From positions 64,001 to 128,000 of the IMG/VR virus record IMGVR_UViG_3300036861_000610: a stretch of 64,000 nucleotides of DNA; one strand, given 5' to 3'. The stretch is from a virus. The position numbers and the translations under genes were made by a program. Shown here in pieces: positions 37,401-46,242 of the stretch (position 1 is the stretch's first letter; the number at the start of each line of letters is the position of its first letter). The notes below the pieces were generated by a model, which had not been told where the DNA came from, did not search any database, and saw only the letters and a program-made list of their open reading frames with translations.

Positions 37401-37712
37401 CCGATGTATGACCGCGATTTCTTCACTGCGTTCAGGCCAAGAGAGCGTGGCGGCGACCAGTTCGGTCGAACACTCCTCGTCCAGGCCGCAGCCATCGACC
37501 CGGCCACATTGCCCGGATTCAAGGCGCTGAGCGACATGGCCTGGGCGGACGTGTCCTACATCTGCGTCCGCGACGAAGACGGCAACCGCTGGTTCGCCAG
37601 CATCAACGTTCCCTCGGGCGTGGTGCAGAATCGCCGACAGCTTTATATGGCCACTGTTCAGATCGTGGAAGTCACTGACACGCCATCACCGGTGGACCCG
37701 ACATGGCCTTAA
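34449..37712 (+). CDS. Large minor tail protein (possible receptor-binding domains)
   Basis: 1087-aa beta-rich, T/S/G-rich ORF directly after the tape measure; DDFTRTVSNSLG lectin-like segment. Confidence 0.7.
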   Translation: MGIYNPRNPQNIGQEWVPIRDEDLVLNPFANTIERGYSFRLPTSTTVDNVHFYLKQWPNEFGSNMVYTASIYPNGQEAASGPVRSVIIPCNYAEVTGSAIIQTFPGLTTAQNLFANGDNYFLFWTMGQANPEEWGLSTFFAVNSYAPLLNGKRILGVDLLAGINVLNQGFSIEESFQSVRVDVATDFGYTPLSYDTMRLPDLITNRTPESTKETVRMHMGDANRFFGVGSGTSAGINQIMPWTFSELARFEAGAVNRLRVRFGESGVSAALGPQFQFEYCALEVFYCEESRVAMGSKIFNDDIPNRPSRDPFVLGANSITVRNPLTAATGPILPNGDYTVTISESNLGDNYYANLYRTVAQLNEVRQLYELPSHPGVQINLPFPLNENTIGSEFTSQSTDLIPQLTMHTSTGALIEYSHVYGQQSAAQVYSTNTASQEVDDRFVGAARQWPWVRYYARRFGKTTIPLRLDSASPTVSGSAFAVQITPTEFDALPEITDGWKEITLRFPTPPTMGTGSVPTWRWSATNETAGNRWEVLGATAPAVSGIVQDVNTNFWLPFAQVPTPQRLYLGTYGYPVSGAAINEDWLPQWGPYVSGTTFDNASDAVIIFSQYIPPITGFGVITASQAITGIGQNCGIDPCGIPTDILYNRLFWSPPVNTGSAWDDFTRTVSNSLGTSSSGGTYSTTGAATQYAVNGTQAVFTPDTTAVQAIGTLPIGPNFDVTVKFSLNGILNASSSARVGVVGRFTDSNNFYDATITTIAGSITSVSVRKVVAGVTTILDSLSPAAPSFDYGNMVNIRFMGSGPFLKAKVWSDHVDEPTMWLLEFTDTSLTTGNGAGIAASVTTNSLGLSVLFDDLRITPPQFWFGSYELQRSDEITDWQTIMLATNPAVTGFNDYEARTGMISNYRIRTLDHYDFPSDWSNTVSISLASPGVSGSCLSQAHVMIFTTNEHQSGYSNLAYSNAWEGQVNEDFAFAEAGFTQLQPMYDRDFFTAFRPRERGGDQFGRTLLVQAAAIDPATLPGFKALSDMAWADVSYICVRDEDGNRWFASINVPSGVVQNRRQLYMATVQIVEVTDTPSPVDPTWP

Positions 37713-38827
37713 CGAACTTCCCGTACGATCCGCTGCTCGACCTGGCTCCTTGGGTCGGGCAGCGGCAGTGCACCTACCGCTTCGTCCGAATGAACAGCGT
37801 CACTGGCCAATTTATGGGTGAAGTTCATCCGATCCGATCCAGTCCGACAATCTCTCACGACACTACTCGGACAATCAAGCGGCAGCTCAACTTGAGCCTA
37901 GGTGCCGAGGACACTCGCGACATCAATGTGATCCAGGATCGGATCATCCCGTACATGGTGTTCCCAAACGGCGCCGAATATCAGCTCGGGGTGTTCGTCT
38001 TCACTCAGCAGTCGAATCAGATCTTCACTAGTGGTGAATTGTCAAACGTTGTATTGAATGACGAGATGTACATAATCGACCAACAGATAACCAAAGGATT
38101 TGACGCCTCAAATCTGTCACTAACGGCCACAGCTGGTGTTCCAAATGTTGTCATTGGAACGGGCATTGCCAACCGCGGCGCTTCTCTTAGTAGGGTATTG
38201 AACATCCTCCTAGAGGATTTCAATGTCCGTGTTGAAATCGAGTCATCTGAGTTCGTAGTTAATCAGTCCTGGTCGGCCGGGACGATGCGCGGTTCCATCA
38301 TCGAGGCAGCTGCCCTAGTTACGGACTATTTCAGCCCATGGTTTGATAATCAAGGAATTTTCCAATTCATCCGGGCATTCAACCCAGCTTTGGCTATCCC
38401 TGATTTCGATTGGGACGCAGGCAACCAGGTGATGCGGTCCAGTATTCTGCAACAATCTGACGTACTTAACGCCCCAAATCGCTTCGTTGTTATCTCGAAT
38501 GCCCCTGGAGAGCCTGGCGCCGCAGTCTTCGGTATTGCGGACGTTCCCGTCAATGCACCGAACTCGTTCGAGAACCGTGGATTCTACATTCCAAGCGTTG
38601 TTGATATGCAGGTGCTGAACATCCCACAATGTCAGGCAATTGCTCGGAATTTGGCCGAACGTCAAACCATCGTAGAGACAACCACGCTAACAACAGCACC
38701 AGACCCTCGCCACGACAGCTATAACGTAATTAAGTGGCGAGGCGAACAATGGTTGGAGCTTTCCTGGCAGATGACGCTGTCCGAGGGGCAGCCCATGTCG
38801 CACACGCTAAGAAGGTCGTACCACTGA
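37703..38827 (+). CDS. Minor tail protein
   Basis: TIKRQLNL, YQLGVF and PDPRHDSYNVI motifs; synteny. Confidence 0.65.
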   Translation: MALTNFPYDPLLDLAPWVGQRQCTYRFVRMNSVTGQFMGEVHPIRSSPTISHDTTRTIKRQLNLSLGAEDTRDINVIQDRIIPYMVFPNGAEYQLGVFVFTQQSNQIFTSGELSNVVLNDEMYIIDQQITKGFDASNLSLTATAGVPNVVIGTGIANRGASLSRVLNILLEDFNVRVEIESSEFVVNQSWSAGTMRGSIIEAAALVTDYFSPWFDNQGIFQFIRAFNPALAIPDFDWDAGNQVMRSSILQQSDVLNAPNRFVVISNAPGEPGAAVFGIADVPVNAPNSFENRGFYIPSVVDMQVLNIPQCQAIARNLAERQTIVETTTLTTAPDPRHDSYNVIKWRGEQWLELSWQMTLSEGQPMSHTLRRSYH

Positions 38828-39528
38828 TGGAGTCCATTTTCAATGATCAAACGACGATAGCAAACATTATTTCCGCCGGAGCCAAGCAGCTTATTGACAA
38901 TGCAAAAGCATTGGGGCTTACCTGGACTATTAGAATTAGCACAATAGTTAACTCGGGCCCCGACGCCATCACCGGAATTATGGACGGCGACACCGTTCCT
39001 ATTGGCCTCACCAATATGAGTGGTCTTGAAATACGATCCGGCGACCGCGTCTACGTCATCATCACTCCCCCGTCGGGAAACTTCATTTCCGGCAAGGTCG
39101 TTGTAGAAGACCTACGCCTCGGTGCCAACTGTGTCAACTTCGACAGCCTCACCGCCGGCTCCACCACTTCAGCGGTATATGTCGATCAGCCCGGATCGCC
39201 TTCGTTGGCCTTGACCAAGAAGTACGACGGCACCAGCCTAAGATTTGCCTGGGCTCAGACATACTACACGGGATCTCCGGTCAATGCCCTATTCGCCGTT
39301 ACCACAGCAGCCGGAAACCAAGTGTTCTTGGCCAAGCATTTCGGTACCAACGGCGCGACCAACTCACATACCCCTATCAGTGGAGTGGCATCGGCTGTAG
39401 GCATCCCCGCCGGAACGATGATATGGGTCGGAGCGTGGGCCACAGCCGGCGGCGGTGGCGGTGACCTCAAGGTTGATAGCGGGGATTTCTGGTCTTGCTG
39501 CATCGAAGAATTTTGGCCAACGGACTGA
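38827..39528 (+). CDS. Minor tail protein
   Basis: GDRVYV OB-like N-domain; TGATG coupling to the upstream gene. Confidence 0.55.
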   Translation: MESIFNDQTTIANIISAGAKQLIDNAKALGLTWTIRISTIVNSGPDAITGIMDGDTVPIGLTNMSGLEIRSGDRVYVIITPPSGNFISGKVVVEDLRLGANCVNFDSLTAGSTTSAVYVDQPGSPSLALTKKYDGTSLRFAWAQTYYTGSPVNALFAVTTAAGNQVFLAKHFGTNGATNSHTPISGVASAVGIPAGTMIWVGAWATAGGGGGDLKVDSGDFWSCCIEEFWPTD

Positions 39529-39555
39529 CCCCTGGTCAACAAGGAGGCACGAGGC

Positions 39556-39864
39556 ATGTCATACAACTTCACAGACCCACTGGTTGCGAGGCTGATCAAC
39601 TCAACCCACACACCGACAGAAATACCCCCAGTCAGCGATGTGCTAGATCCAACTCGCCCGATCGAGCTGACTCTGATATGTGGTCGATGCCGCAATGTAT
39701 GGCCATGCCCTCCCGTACAGCAGTATCGGGACTACATCACAGCGTCCCAGGCTGTTGCCGTCGCCCAAGCTAGGGATGCAGGGTCACACATTGCTCCAGG
39801 TAATGACGCCCGCATAACGCCGTCAGGTCCTTCGAAAGTTCGAGATGCCTTCAGTCGAGGGTGA
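39556..39864 (+). CDS. Hypothetical protein (H..CxxC..WPC motif)
   Basis: Strong AAGGAGG RBS. Confidence 0.6.
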   Translation: MSYNFTDPLVARLINSTHTPTEIPPVSDVLDPTRPIELTLICGRCRNVWPCPPVQQYRDYITASQAVAVAQARDAGSHIAPGNDARITPSGPSKVRDAFSRG

Positions 39865-39997
39865 CGGAGTGTCGCGTACATCCTTGAAGTGTTGCGCCGG
39901 TCACCCTGTTAATGTGACCGGCGATAGAAAGCTGGGGCAAATTTGAACGCCTGACCGAGGTAAAGGAGTCCGTGATGGATGCGGGTGAAGGTCAACA

Positions 39998-41093
39998 GTG
40001 AAGGTGTGCGTGATGCCGGCAGACACCGCTGGCTGCGGTTTTCTATAGGCTCATCTGGTCGGCTGAGTACCTGCAGAACCTTGGGTACAACATCGAAATC
40101 CAGTACCCAAAGAACAAGGAGATGAACGACGGGAAGGACACCGGCCTAGAGGTTCACTTCCGGGGCACTGGGCTCTCTCAGGCTGACGCCGAAATTATCG
40201 ACGTCAAAATCCCCAACGACGCCGACGTCTTGGTCATGCAGCGCCTAAGCCATAACTGGCACGCCAAGGTCATTGAGATCCTCCGAGCCAAAGGCGTGGC
40301 CATGGTTATCGATATGGACGATGACCTCAGCTGCATCCACCCTGACAACAAAGCCTTCGTCAACTACCACCCCAAAAATCCGAGGACGCCTCACTCGTGG
40401 AAAAACGTCGAGCAGGCGTGCAAGGCCGCCACGATGGTAACTGTCTCCACACAGCAGCTCATGGGGGTCTACGCCCGCCACGGCCGCGGGCAGGTCATCG
40501 ACAACTACGTGCCCGAGCGTTACCTCCGGATCAAAGTCGATCAGGATAAGGTGTTCGGCTGGGCCGGGACGACGGACAGCCACCCGAACGACTTGCAGGT
40601 GACTGGCGGGGCGGTTCAGGAACTTATCAACGATGGCTACGAGTTCCGCGTCATTGGTCCAGTCACCCAGGCCAAAGGCGCCCTTCGACTGAAGGGGCAA
40701 CCCGAGCACACTGGCGTCGTGCAGCTGGTGAACTGGGCCTCGGAGATTGCCCGACTACAGGTCTCTATCGCCCCGCTGGCAGCGACCTCGTTCAACACCG
40801 GAAAGTCTCGACTCAAGCTTATTGAGGCCGCCTCTGTCGGCGTGCCGTGGGTTGGTTCCCCACGCGCCGAGTACCGTCGCTTCCACAAAGAGTCGGGTTC
40901 AGGCCTCCTCGTCGATAGCCGTAAAGATTGGTACAAGGCTGTCAAGCAGCTGATGGATGACGCCCCTCTTCGTCAAGACCTGGGTGAGAGGGGACGCGAG
41001 TATATGCGGGACCAGACGATAGAGAAGAACGCCTGGCGGCTATGGGAAGCCTGGGAGCGGGCTCTCAACATTCAGCGGCACGGTGGGAAGTGA
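39998..41093 (+). pseudogene. GT-B (GT4-like) glycosyltransferase with +1 frameshift near the start
   Basis: GTG 39998 gives MKVCVMPADTAGCG; FYRLIW... continues in another frame across GGTTTTC (T-run 40039-40042). Body has IDMDDD, GWAGT and FNTGKSRLKLIEA motifs. Confidence 0.75.
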
Positions 41094-41323
41094 GCAAGCT
41101 GAATCGGGAGCAGGCGCTTTCGGCCATCGAACGAGGTTTCCGCGAAGACCCAGACGACGATCCCCGCATGGGAGTCGACGGCGGCTGGTGGCATCCCGAC
41201 AACGGTGACACATTCGTCACGCTGTTCGAGCTGCTGGTCGACAAGCATGGCCTGGACCCAGACGATGCTTACGGCATTCTCGGCGGAGCGTTCGGAGCGG
41301 CAGCCGATGAATACGGAGACTGA
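41090..41323 (+). CDS. Hypothetical protein
   Basis: GTGA overlap with the upstream gene. Confidence 0.55.
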   Translation: MSKLNREQALSAIERGFREDPDDDPRMGVDGGWWHPDNGDTFVTLFELLVDKHGLDPDDAYGILGGAFGAAADEYGD

Positions 41324-41606
41324 TCCGGCGGTCACGTTGGAGAACCTGACCGCTGGCTACAGGGAACGGCTCCAGCGCCACACCGAAGAGCTAGAGGTGA
41401 TTGTCCCTCTGTGGTGGGTGGGGAAATGGGGGCATGAGGCTGTGGCTGCTGCAGCCGCCCGTCTCCACGTCAAGGTAACAGCGGTCGACGCCTGGCAGGA
41501 CGACAACGAAAGCCGCCTCACTGCACTCGTATTTGAAGCCGGCACCTGGCACGTCGAGCGCGGCCCGGCCATCGACCTATCTGGAGTACAGCAGCATGGA
41601 ATCTGA
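41307..41606 (+). CDS. Hypothetical protein
   Basis: Overlapping operon packing. Confidence 0.5.
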   Translation: MNTETDPAVTLENLTAGYRERLQRHTEELEVIVPLWWVGKWGHEAVAAAAARLHVKVTAVDAWQDDNESRLTALVFEAGTWHVERGPAIDLSGVQQHGI

Positions 41607-42261
41607 GCCACGTGGGCGCGCAGCCTTCATCATGGCCCACAATCGCCAGGAGCTTCTCGACCAGACCGTTGCAGCAATCAGGCCACAGGTCGACACGCTC
41701 ATGGTGATGGACAACGCCTCCAACCCTAAGCTCACGGTGCCAGAAGACGTGGGTCTCATGTACGTGCCAGACCAGCCGCCGAACCTGGCGCAGTTCTGGA
41801 ACATGGGGCTGGACTTCTACAACTACTGGTACAAGGACCGCCCCTACGACGTGGCCCTGCTCTGCGACGATGCGATCGTTCCGGAGGGCTGGTTCACCGC
41901 AGTAACGCAAGCCATGCGGGAACACGACGTCACCGCCGGATCAACCAACCCATGGGGTCGACCGCACGCCCCCATCGTCAAACGGGACATGGACAGCGAC
42001 ATCATGAACCGGATGTGCAGCTGGGCGTTCATCATCGACGGCAGCAGCCCCGTCCGGGCCGATGAATCGATGCACTGGTGGTGGGCGGACTCCGACTTTG
42101 ACATTCAATGTCGCCGCGAGCGTGGAACTGTCCTGATCAGTGGCCCTCCAGTTCCCAACGTTCAACCAAATCATTACACGAACATCAGGCCAGATCTTGC
42201 TGAACAGGCTGGTCGAGATCGGGAAACATTTGCCGCTAAATACGGTCGCCTCCCTTGGTAG
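41596..42261 (+). CDS. GT-A (GT2-like) glycosyltransferase
   Basis: MAHNR..LL, VMDNAS, WNMGL, LCDDA and WADSDF motifs. Confidence 0.85.
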   Translation: MESEPRGRAAFIMAHNRQELLDQTVAAIRPQVDTLMVMDNASNPKLTVPEDVGLMYVPDQPPNLAQFWNMGLDFYNYWYKDRPYDVALLCDDAIVPEGWFTAVTQAMREHDVTAGSTNPWGRPHAPIVKRDMDSDIMNRMCSWAFIIDGSSPVRADESMHWWWADSDFDIQCRRERGTVLISGPPVPNVQPNHYTNIRPDLAEQAGRDRETFAAKYGRLPW

Positions 42262-42791
42262 TCAAAGAAGAGCGTTGGCTGCCAGTACCCGGCCGCACCG
42301 GATATGAGGTTTCCGACCATGGACGCATTAGAAGTTATCGAAACCGTCAGGGTCACCCAATCCCGGAACCTCGCTTCATGACCCCAACGATCGTAAATGA
42401 CTACCTGTGGATAAAGCTAGGGCGCAATTTTCAGTGCGGGCTTCATCGACTGGTCGCACTAGCCTTCCTTGGGCCGGCCCCTGAAGGGATGGAGGTTCGA
42501 CATCTTGACGGTAATAAGCGCAACGCTCGGCTGGAGAATCTGACTTACGGCACGCAAGCCGAAAATTATGCCGACCGGCGAATCCACGGTACGGACAGCA
42601 GTGGTGATCGGCATGGCAACCGAAAGCTTGCCCAGCGAGGTGAGCCCGTGTCCTACAGACTAACCGCAGCCGACGTGGCGCGTATTAGAACCACCTCAAT
42701 CTCCGGACCAATCCTTGCGAAGGAGATGGGGGTATCGGCACACACAATTTACGCGGCACGACACAGAAGAACCTGGAAGCACCTGCCATGA
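42255..42791 (+). CDS. NUMOD4-HNH homing endonuclease
   Basis: EERWLPVPG..GYEVSDHGRIRS; HRLVALAFLG...VRHLDGNKRN..LENL.YGT.AEN. Confidence 0.9.
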   Translation: MVVKEERWLPVPGRTGYEVSDHGRIRSYRNRQGHPIPEPRFMTPTIVNDYLWIKLGRNFQCGLHRLVALAFLGPAPEGMEVRHLDGNKRNARLENLTYGTQAENYADRRIHGTDSSGDRHGNRKLAQRGEPVSYRLTAADVARIRTTSISGPILAKEMGVSAHTIYAARHRRTWKHLP

Positions 42792-42988
42792 TTTCGACCA
42801 TGGACCACCTGCCATTCCCGGGCATGACGGCCGACCAGAGGAGGGTCCTAATTCGGTGGCTGTACTCCGCGGCCGACCGGGAGACCCATCGGCAGCGTCG
42901 AGCAACCCGGACACAGGACAGACTACGGCACTCTATCCGAGCCAGCGCCTTCCAGGACGCCATTGCCGAGCTGGAGCAGGAGTCGTGA
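42788..42988 (+). CDS. Hypothetical protein
   Basis: ATGA/GTGA coupling on both sides. Confidence 0.5.
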   Translation: MISTMDHLPFPGMTADQRRVLIRWLYSAADRETHRQRRATRTQDRLRHSIRASAFQDAIAELEQES

Positions 42989-43944
42989 TCAAGAAGAAGC
43001 GGCGGATCTTCGTCATCGCCACCGATAGCGCTGGATGTTGGTGGTACCGGCTTCGGCTGCCGTTGATGGCACTGCATCCGGACGAGTTTGAGGTTGTCTG
43101 GGAGCCTCCGTTCAACAACTGGCTCCCAGGGGACATCGTCGTTGGCCAGCGGATCGCCGGCCGCAATACAGCATGGCTGGAGATGTGCGACGCTCCTGGC
43201 CTGACTGCGGTCTACGACATCGACGACAATCTGCTGGAGATCGACCCCGGCAACACGGTGCCGTACCAGATCTTCTCTCCGATTGTGGATGACACTGCGG
43301 CCAATATCTCGGCCGCACAGGTCGTGACGGTGTCGACTCCGAAGCTGGCGGAGCGCCTTGCACACCTGAACAAGAACATCGTGGTGCTGCCGAACTGTCT
43401 GCACGAGTCCTGGATCGCCCGCATCGAGTTCCCATCGCCGTACATCACGGTCGGTTGGGCTGGCAGCCCGTTCCACAGCCAGGACTTCGGGGGTGCGGCT
43501 GGCCAGTTCCGCATCTACGCGGAAGCTGAGCCTCGGGCTCGGTTCCACATGATTGGCGGAGATCCGACCTTTGGCATGGTGAATCGGACAGTCTCTGGGT
43601 TCACGGACATGCATACCTACTGGAACAACCTTGACTTCGACATTGGGGTGGCGTTGTTGGAGGACAACGTCCAGAACCAATGCAAGTCATGGATCAAGGT
43701 GTTGGAGTATGCCGGCAAAGGCGTCCCGGCCGTGGCTCCTCGGATCGGACAGTATCCCGAGTTCATCGAGGATGGGGTCAACGGATTCCTGTACGACCAC
43801 GTCTCAGAATTGTCGACACACCTGTTGACCTTGTCCAAGGACGATCTTCGTTCGAGAATGAGCGAAGCAGCCATGTCCAAGGCGTCTGAGTACACCATCA
43901 GTCGCCAGATTCATCGCTGGGAAACCGTCTACCGAGAGGCGTGA
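42985..43944 (+). CDS. GT-B (GT4-like) glycosyltransferase
   Basis: DSAGCWWYRL, YDIDDNL, VTVSTP.LA, VGWAGS..H and NQCKSWIKVLEY motifs. Confidence 0.9.
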   Translation: MIKKKRRIFVIATDSAGCWWYRLRLPLMALHPDEFEVVWEPPFNNWLPGDIVVGQRIAGRNTAWLEMCDAPGLTAVYDIDDNLLEIDPGNTVPYQIFSPIVDDTAANISAAQVVTVSTPKLAERLAHLNKNIVVLPNCLHESWIARIEFPSPYITVGWAGSPFHSQDFGGAAGQFRIYAEAEPRARFHMIGGDPTFGMVNRTVSGFTDMHTYWNNLDFDIGVALLEDNVQNQCKSWIKVLEYAGKGVPAVAPRIGQYPEFIEDGVNGFLYDHVSELSTHLLTLSKDDLRSRMSEAAMSKASEYTISRQIHRWETVYREA

Positions 43945-43945
43945 C

Positions 43946-44173
43946 ATGGCCGGCGATTCACAGCCACCACCCATCGCGACCCAGGGTCCCTTAGTGAAGG
44001 ACCTACTTATCGCCGACATTGAAGAGCTGTGCGCCCGCCGACAGACGAAGTACGGCACCCACCTTCAGGCCGGCAACGGCCGCGACGCTCTTCGGGATCT
44101 GTACGAAGAACTGGTCGATGCCGCCCTCTACATCAAGCAGGCGATCATGGAAAGGGATGGTCATGCAGCGTGA
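43946..44173 (+). CDS. Small all-alpha, MazG/NTP-PPase-like phage protein
   Basis: KYGT.L...GRDALRDLYEELVDAALY (EExxD) motif. Confidence 0.55.
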   Translation: MAGDSQPPPIATQGPLVKDLLIADIEELCARRQTKYGTHLQAGNGRDALRDLYEELVDAALYIKQAIMERDGHAA

Positions 44174-45371
44174 AACATGCGGCAGCTGCCACTCTGCAGA
44201 CCTGATCCAGGTCCTGGACCTGGGCACCTCGCCGCTGGCTGACGACTTCCCCCACTCTGCGTCCGAGGCCATGGAACAGACTCGGTATCCACTGGGACTG
44301 GTGACCTGTGCGCAGTGCTCGCTGCTCCAGCTCACCGAGATCGTGGACGACCAAGAGCTGTGGGGCGGTGACTACGGCTTCTACACCGGATCGTCCTGGG
44401 TGGCCGTCCAGCAGCAGCAGCAGTATGCCGATGACCTTCTGTGGCGCTATCGAGACCTGACCAAGGGCCTCGTCCTGGAGATCGCCTGCAACGACGGGTC
44501 CATGCTGTCCCGCTTCGCTGAGGCTGGTTGCCGGACTTTGTGCGTGGATCCGGCTGTTGGGCCGACCACAAAGGCTCGACAGTCAGGCCTCGACGTCATC
44601 GTGAAGGGCTTTGGACGGGAGGCGGCCCAGCAGGTGCTCAACGAGTACGGCTGGGCGGATCTTGTGGTGGCCAACAATGTCATCGCCCATGTAGCCGACC
44701 TGGACGATTTCGTCACGGGCCTGGCCATGGTGATGAGCCCCCAGGGCCGGCTCATAGTCGAGTTCCAGTACGCGGCCGACCTGATTACCGGCAACATGAT
44801 CGACCACGTCTACCACGAGCACCGATCTTTCTTCTCTCTTTCTTCTCTCAGCTGCGCACTTGAGCGGCATGGACTCAAGGCTGTGGACGTCCAGCAGACA
44901 ACTCCTCAAGGCGGCTCCCTGCGAGTGCACGTTGGCCGCATGGGCGATGAACTCGTCAACAGCAGCGTGACCACACTGTTGTTGGAGGAGAAATGGATGC
45001 TTGATCCCGGCAGTCTGGCCGGGATGCAGGGGCGCGCCAATCGGATCCGGCAGCGTTTGCGGGATCTGCTGTGGGAGCAGAGCCGTGCTGGGCGTCGAGT
45101 GGCCGGCTACGGCGCCTCAGCCAAGTCCACCACGCTGCTGAACTTCTGCGAGATCGAGTCGGGGCTGGTGCAGTACTTCATCGACTCCACGCCGATGAAG
45201 CACGGACGGTTCACCCCCGGTACCGGTATCCCGATCATTGACCCACGGTCGGACTCGCGGGCGCCCGACACAATGCTCCTTTGTGTTTGGAATTACGCAG
45301 GGGCAATAATGCGACGTGAGCGATTTGATGGTCAGTGGATTGTCCCCATCCCGATTCCGGTAATGATGTAG
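44163..45371 (+). CDS. NDP-hexose C-methyltransferase (EryBIII/TylCIII/TcaB9 family)
   Basis: CxxC..VLDLG..PLAD.F...CxxCxLLQL Zn domain; LEIACNDG; NNVIAHV; YHEH; GGSLR; YGASAK..TLLN; K.GRFTPGTGIPI; WNY. Confidence 0.92.
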   Translation: MQRETCGSCHSADLIQVLDLGTSPLADDFPHSASEAMEQTRYPLGLVTCAQCSLLQLTEIVDDQELWGGDYGFYTGSSWVAVQQQQQYADDLLWRYRDLTKGLVLEIACNDGSMLSRFAEAGCRTLCVDPAVGPTTKARQSGLDVIVKGFGREAAQQVLNEYGWADLVVANNVIAHVADLDDFVTGLAMVMSPQGRLIVEFQYAADLITGNMIDHVYHEHRSFFSLSSLSCALERHGLKAVDVQQTTPQGGSLRVHVGRMGDELVNSSVTTLLLEEKWMLDPGSLAGMQGRANRIRQRLRDLLWEQSRAGRRVAGYGASAKSTTLLNFCEIESGLVQYFIDSTPMKHGRFTPGTGIPIIDPRSDSRAPDTMLLCVWNYAGAIMRRERFDGQWIVPIPIPVMM

Positions 45372-45373
45372 CA

Positions 45374-45604
45374 ATGGCCTTTGATGACAGCGAGGACTGG
45401 GCTCGCGCGAGCAAAGATTTCTGGTTCCGGACCTACAGCGAGGACGCGCCGTCACCGCGCCGTGCGACCATCGTGGCCCGCGGTGACCAGTACCTGCACG
45501 CGGCGGAGGAGCGGGCCGAGAGGGGCCTGGCCGCCATGGCCACCGCCTATGCCGCTATTGCACAGGCGCACTACTACAAGGCGACAAAGCTGGTGAGCCA
45601 GTGA
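45374..45604 (+). CDS. Hypothetical protein
   Basis: Fills the operon gap; GTGA coupling downstream. Confidence 0.5.
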   Translation: MAFDDSEDWARASKDFWFRTYSEDAPSPRRATIVARGDQYLHAAEERAERGLAAMATAYAAIAQAHYYKATKLVSQ

Positions 45605-46242
45605 TCCTGCTGACCGGAGGTTCGGGGCAGCTCGGCAAGGAGCTGTGCAAGCTCAACGATTTCTATGCCCCGTCGCGGGCGGAACTGGACATCACGAACC
45701 AGAAACAGGTCTACCGGACCCTGCAGGAACACGAGCCGGACCTGATTGTCCACGCTGCGGCCTACACCAACACCCTGGGTGCCGACCAGGATGTCGACCA
45801 GATGGTCACCTGCTGGCAGACAAACGTCCTGGGCACCCGGAACCTAGTCGATTATGCCCAGTGCCCCATCATCTACATCTCCACCGAGGCGGCGATCCAT
45901 CCGTACTCGTTCTACATCCTTTCCAAGTTGCAGGCAGAGATGGAGGTTTCGCGGCACAAGTACGGCTACACCAACATCCGTACCTCGTTCCGCGAAGACC
46001 CATTCGAATACCCCCGTGCCTTCACTGATATGTGGACGATCGGGGACTACACCACAGTCATCGCCTGGATGATCAATGACCTGATCAATGGGCGCCCCGT
46101 GCAGAACAAGACGATCTGGCTCGGCACCGGGGCAAAAACCGTGTTTCAGCTGGCTACCCGCACTCGGCCAGACGTGAAGCCTTGTCTGCGCAGCGACCAC
46201 AGCCCATACCTGCCCTCACTGGAAGAACTGGTGGACCTATGA
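45601..46242 (+). CDS. RmlD-like NDP-4-keto-6-deoxyhexose reductase (short extended-SDR)
   Basis: ILLTGGSGQLG, ELDIT, HAAAYT, YISTE and YxxxK (YILSK). Confidence 0.85.
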   Translation: MILLTGGSGQLGKELCKLNDFYAPSRAELDITNQKQVYRTLQEHEPDLIVHAAAYTNTLGADQDVDQMVTCWQTNVLGTRNLVDYAQCPIIYISTEAAIHPYSFYILSKLQAEMEVSRHKYGYTNIRTSFREDPFEYPRAFTDMWTIGDYTTVIAWMINDLINGRPVQNKTIWLGTGAKTVFQLATRTRPDVKPCLRSDHSPYLPSLEELVDL

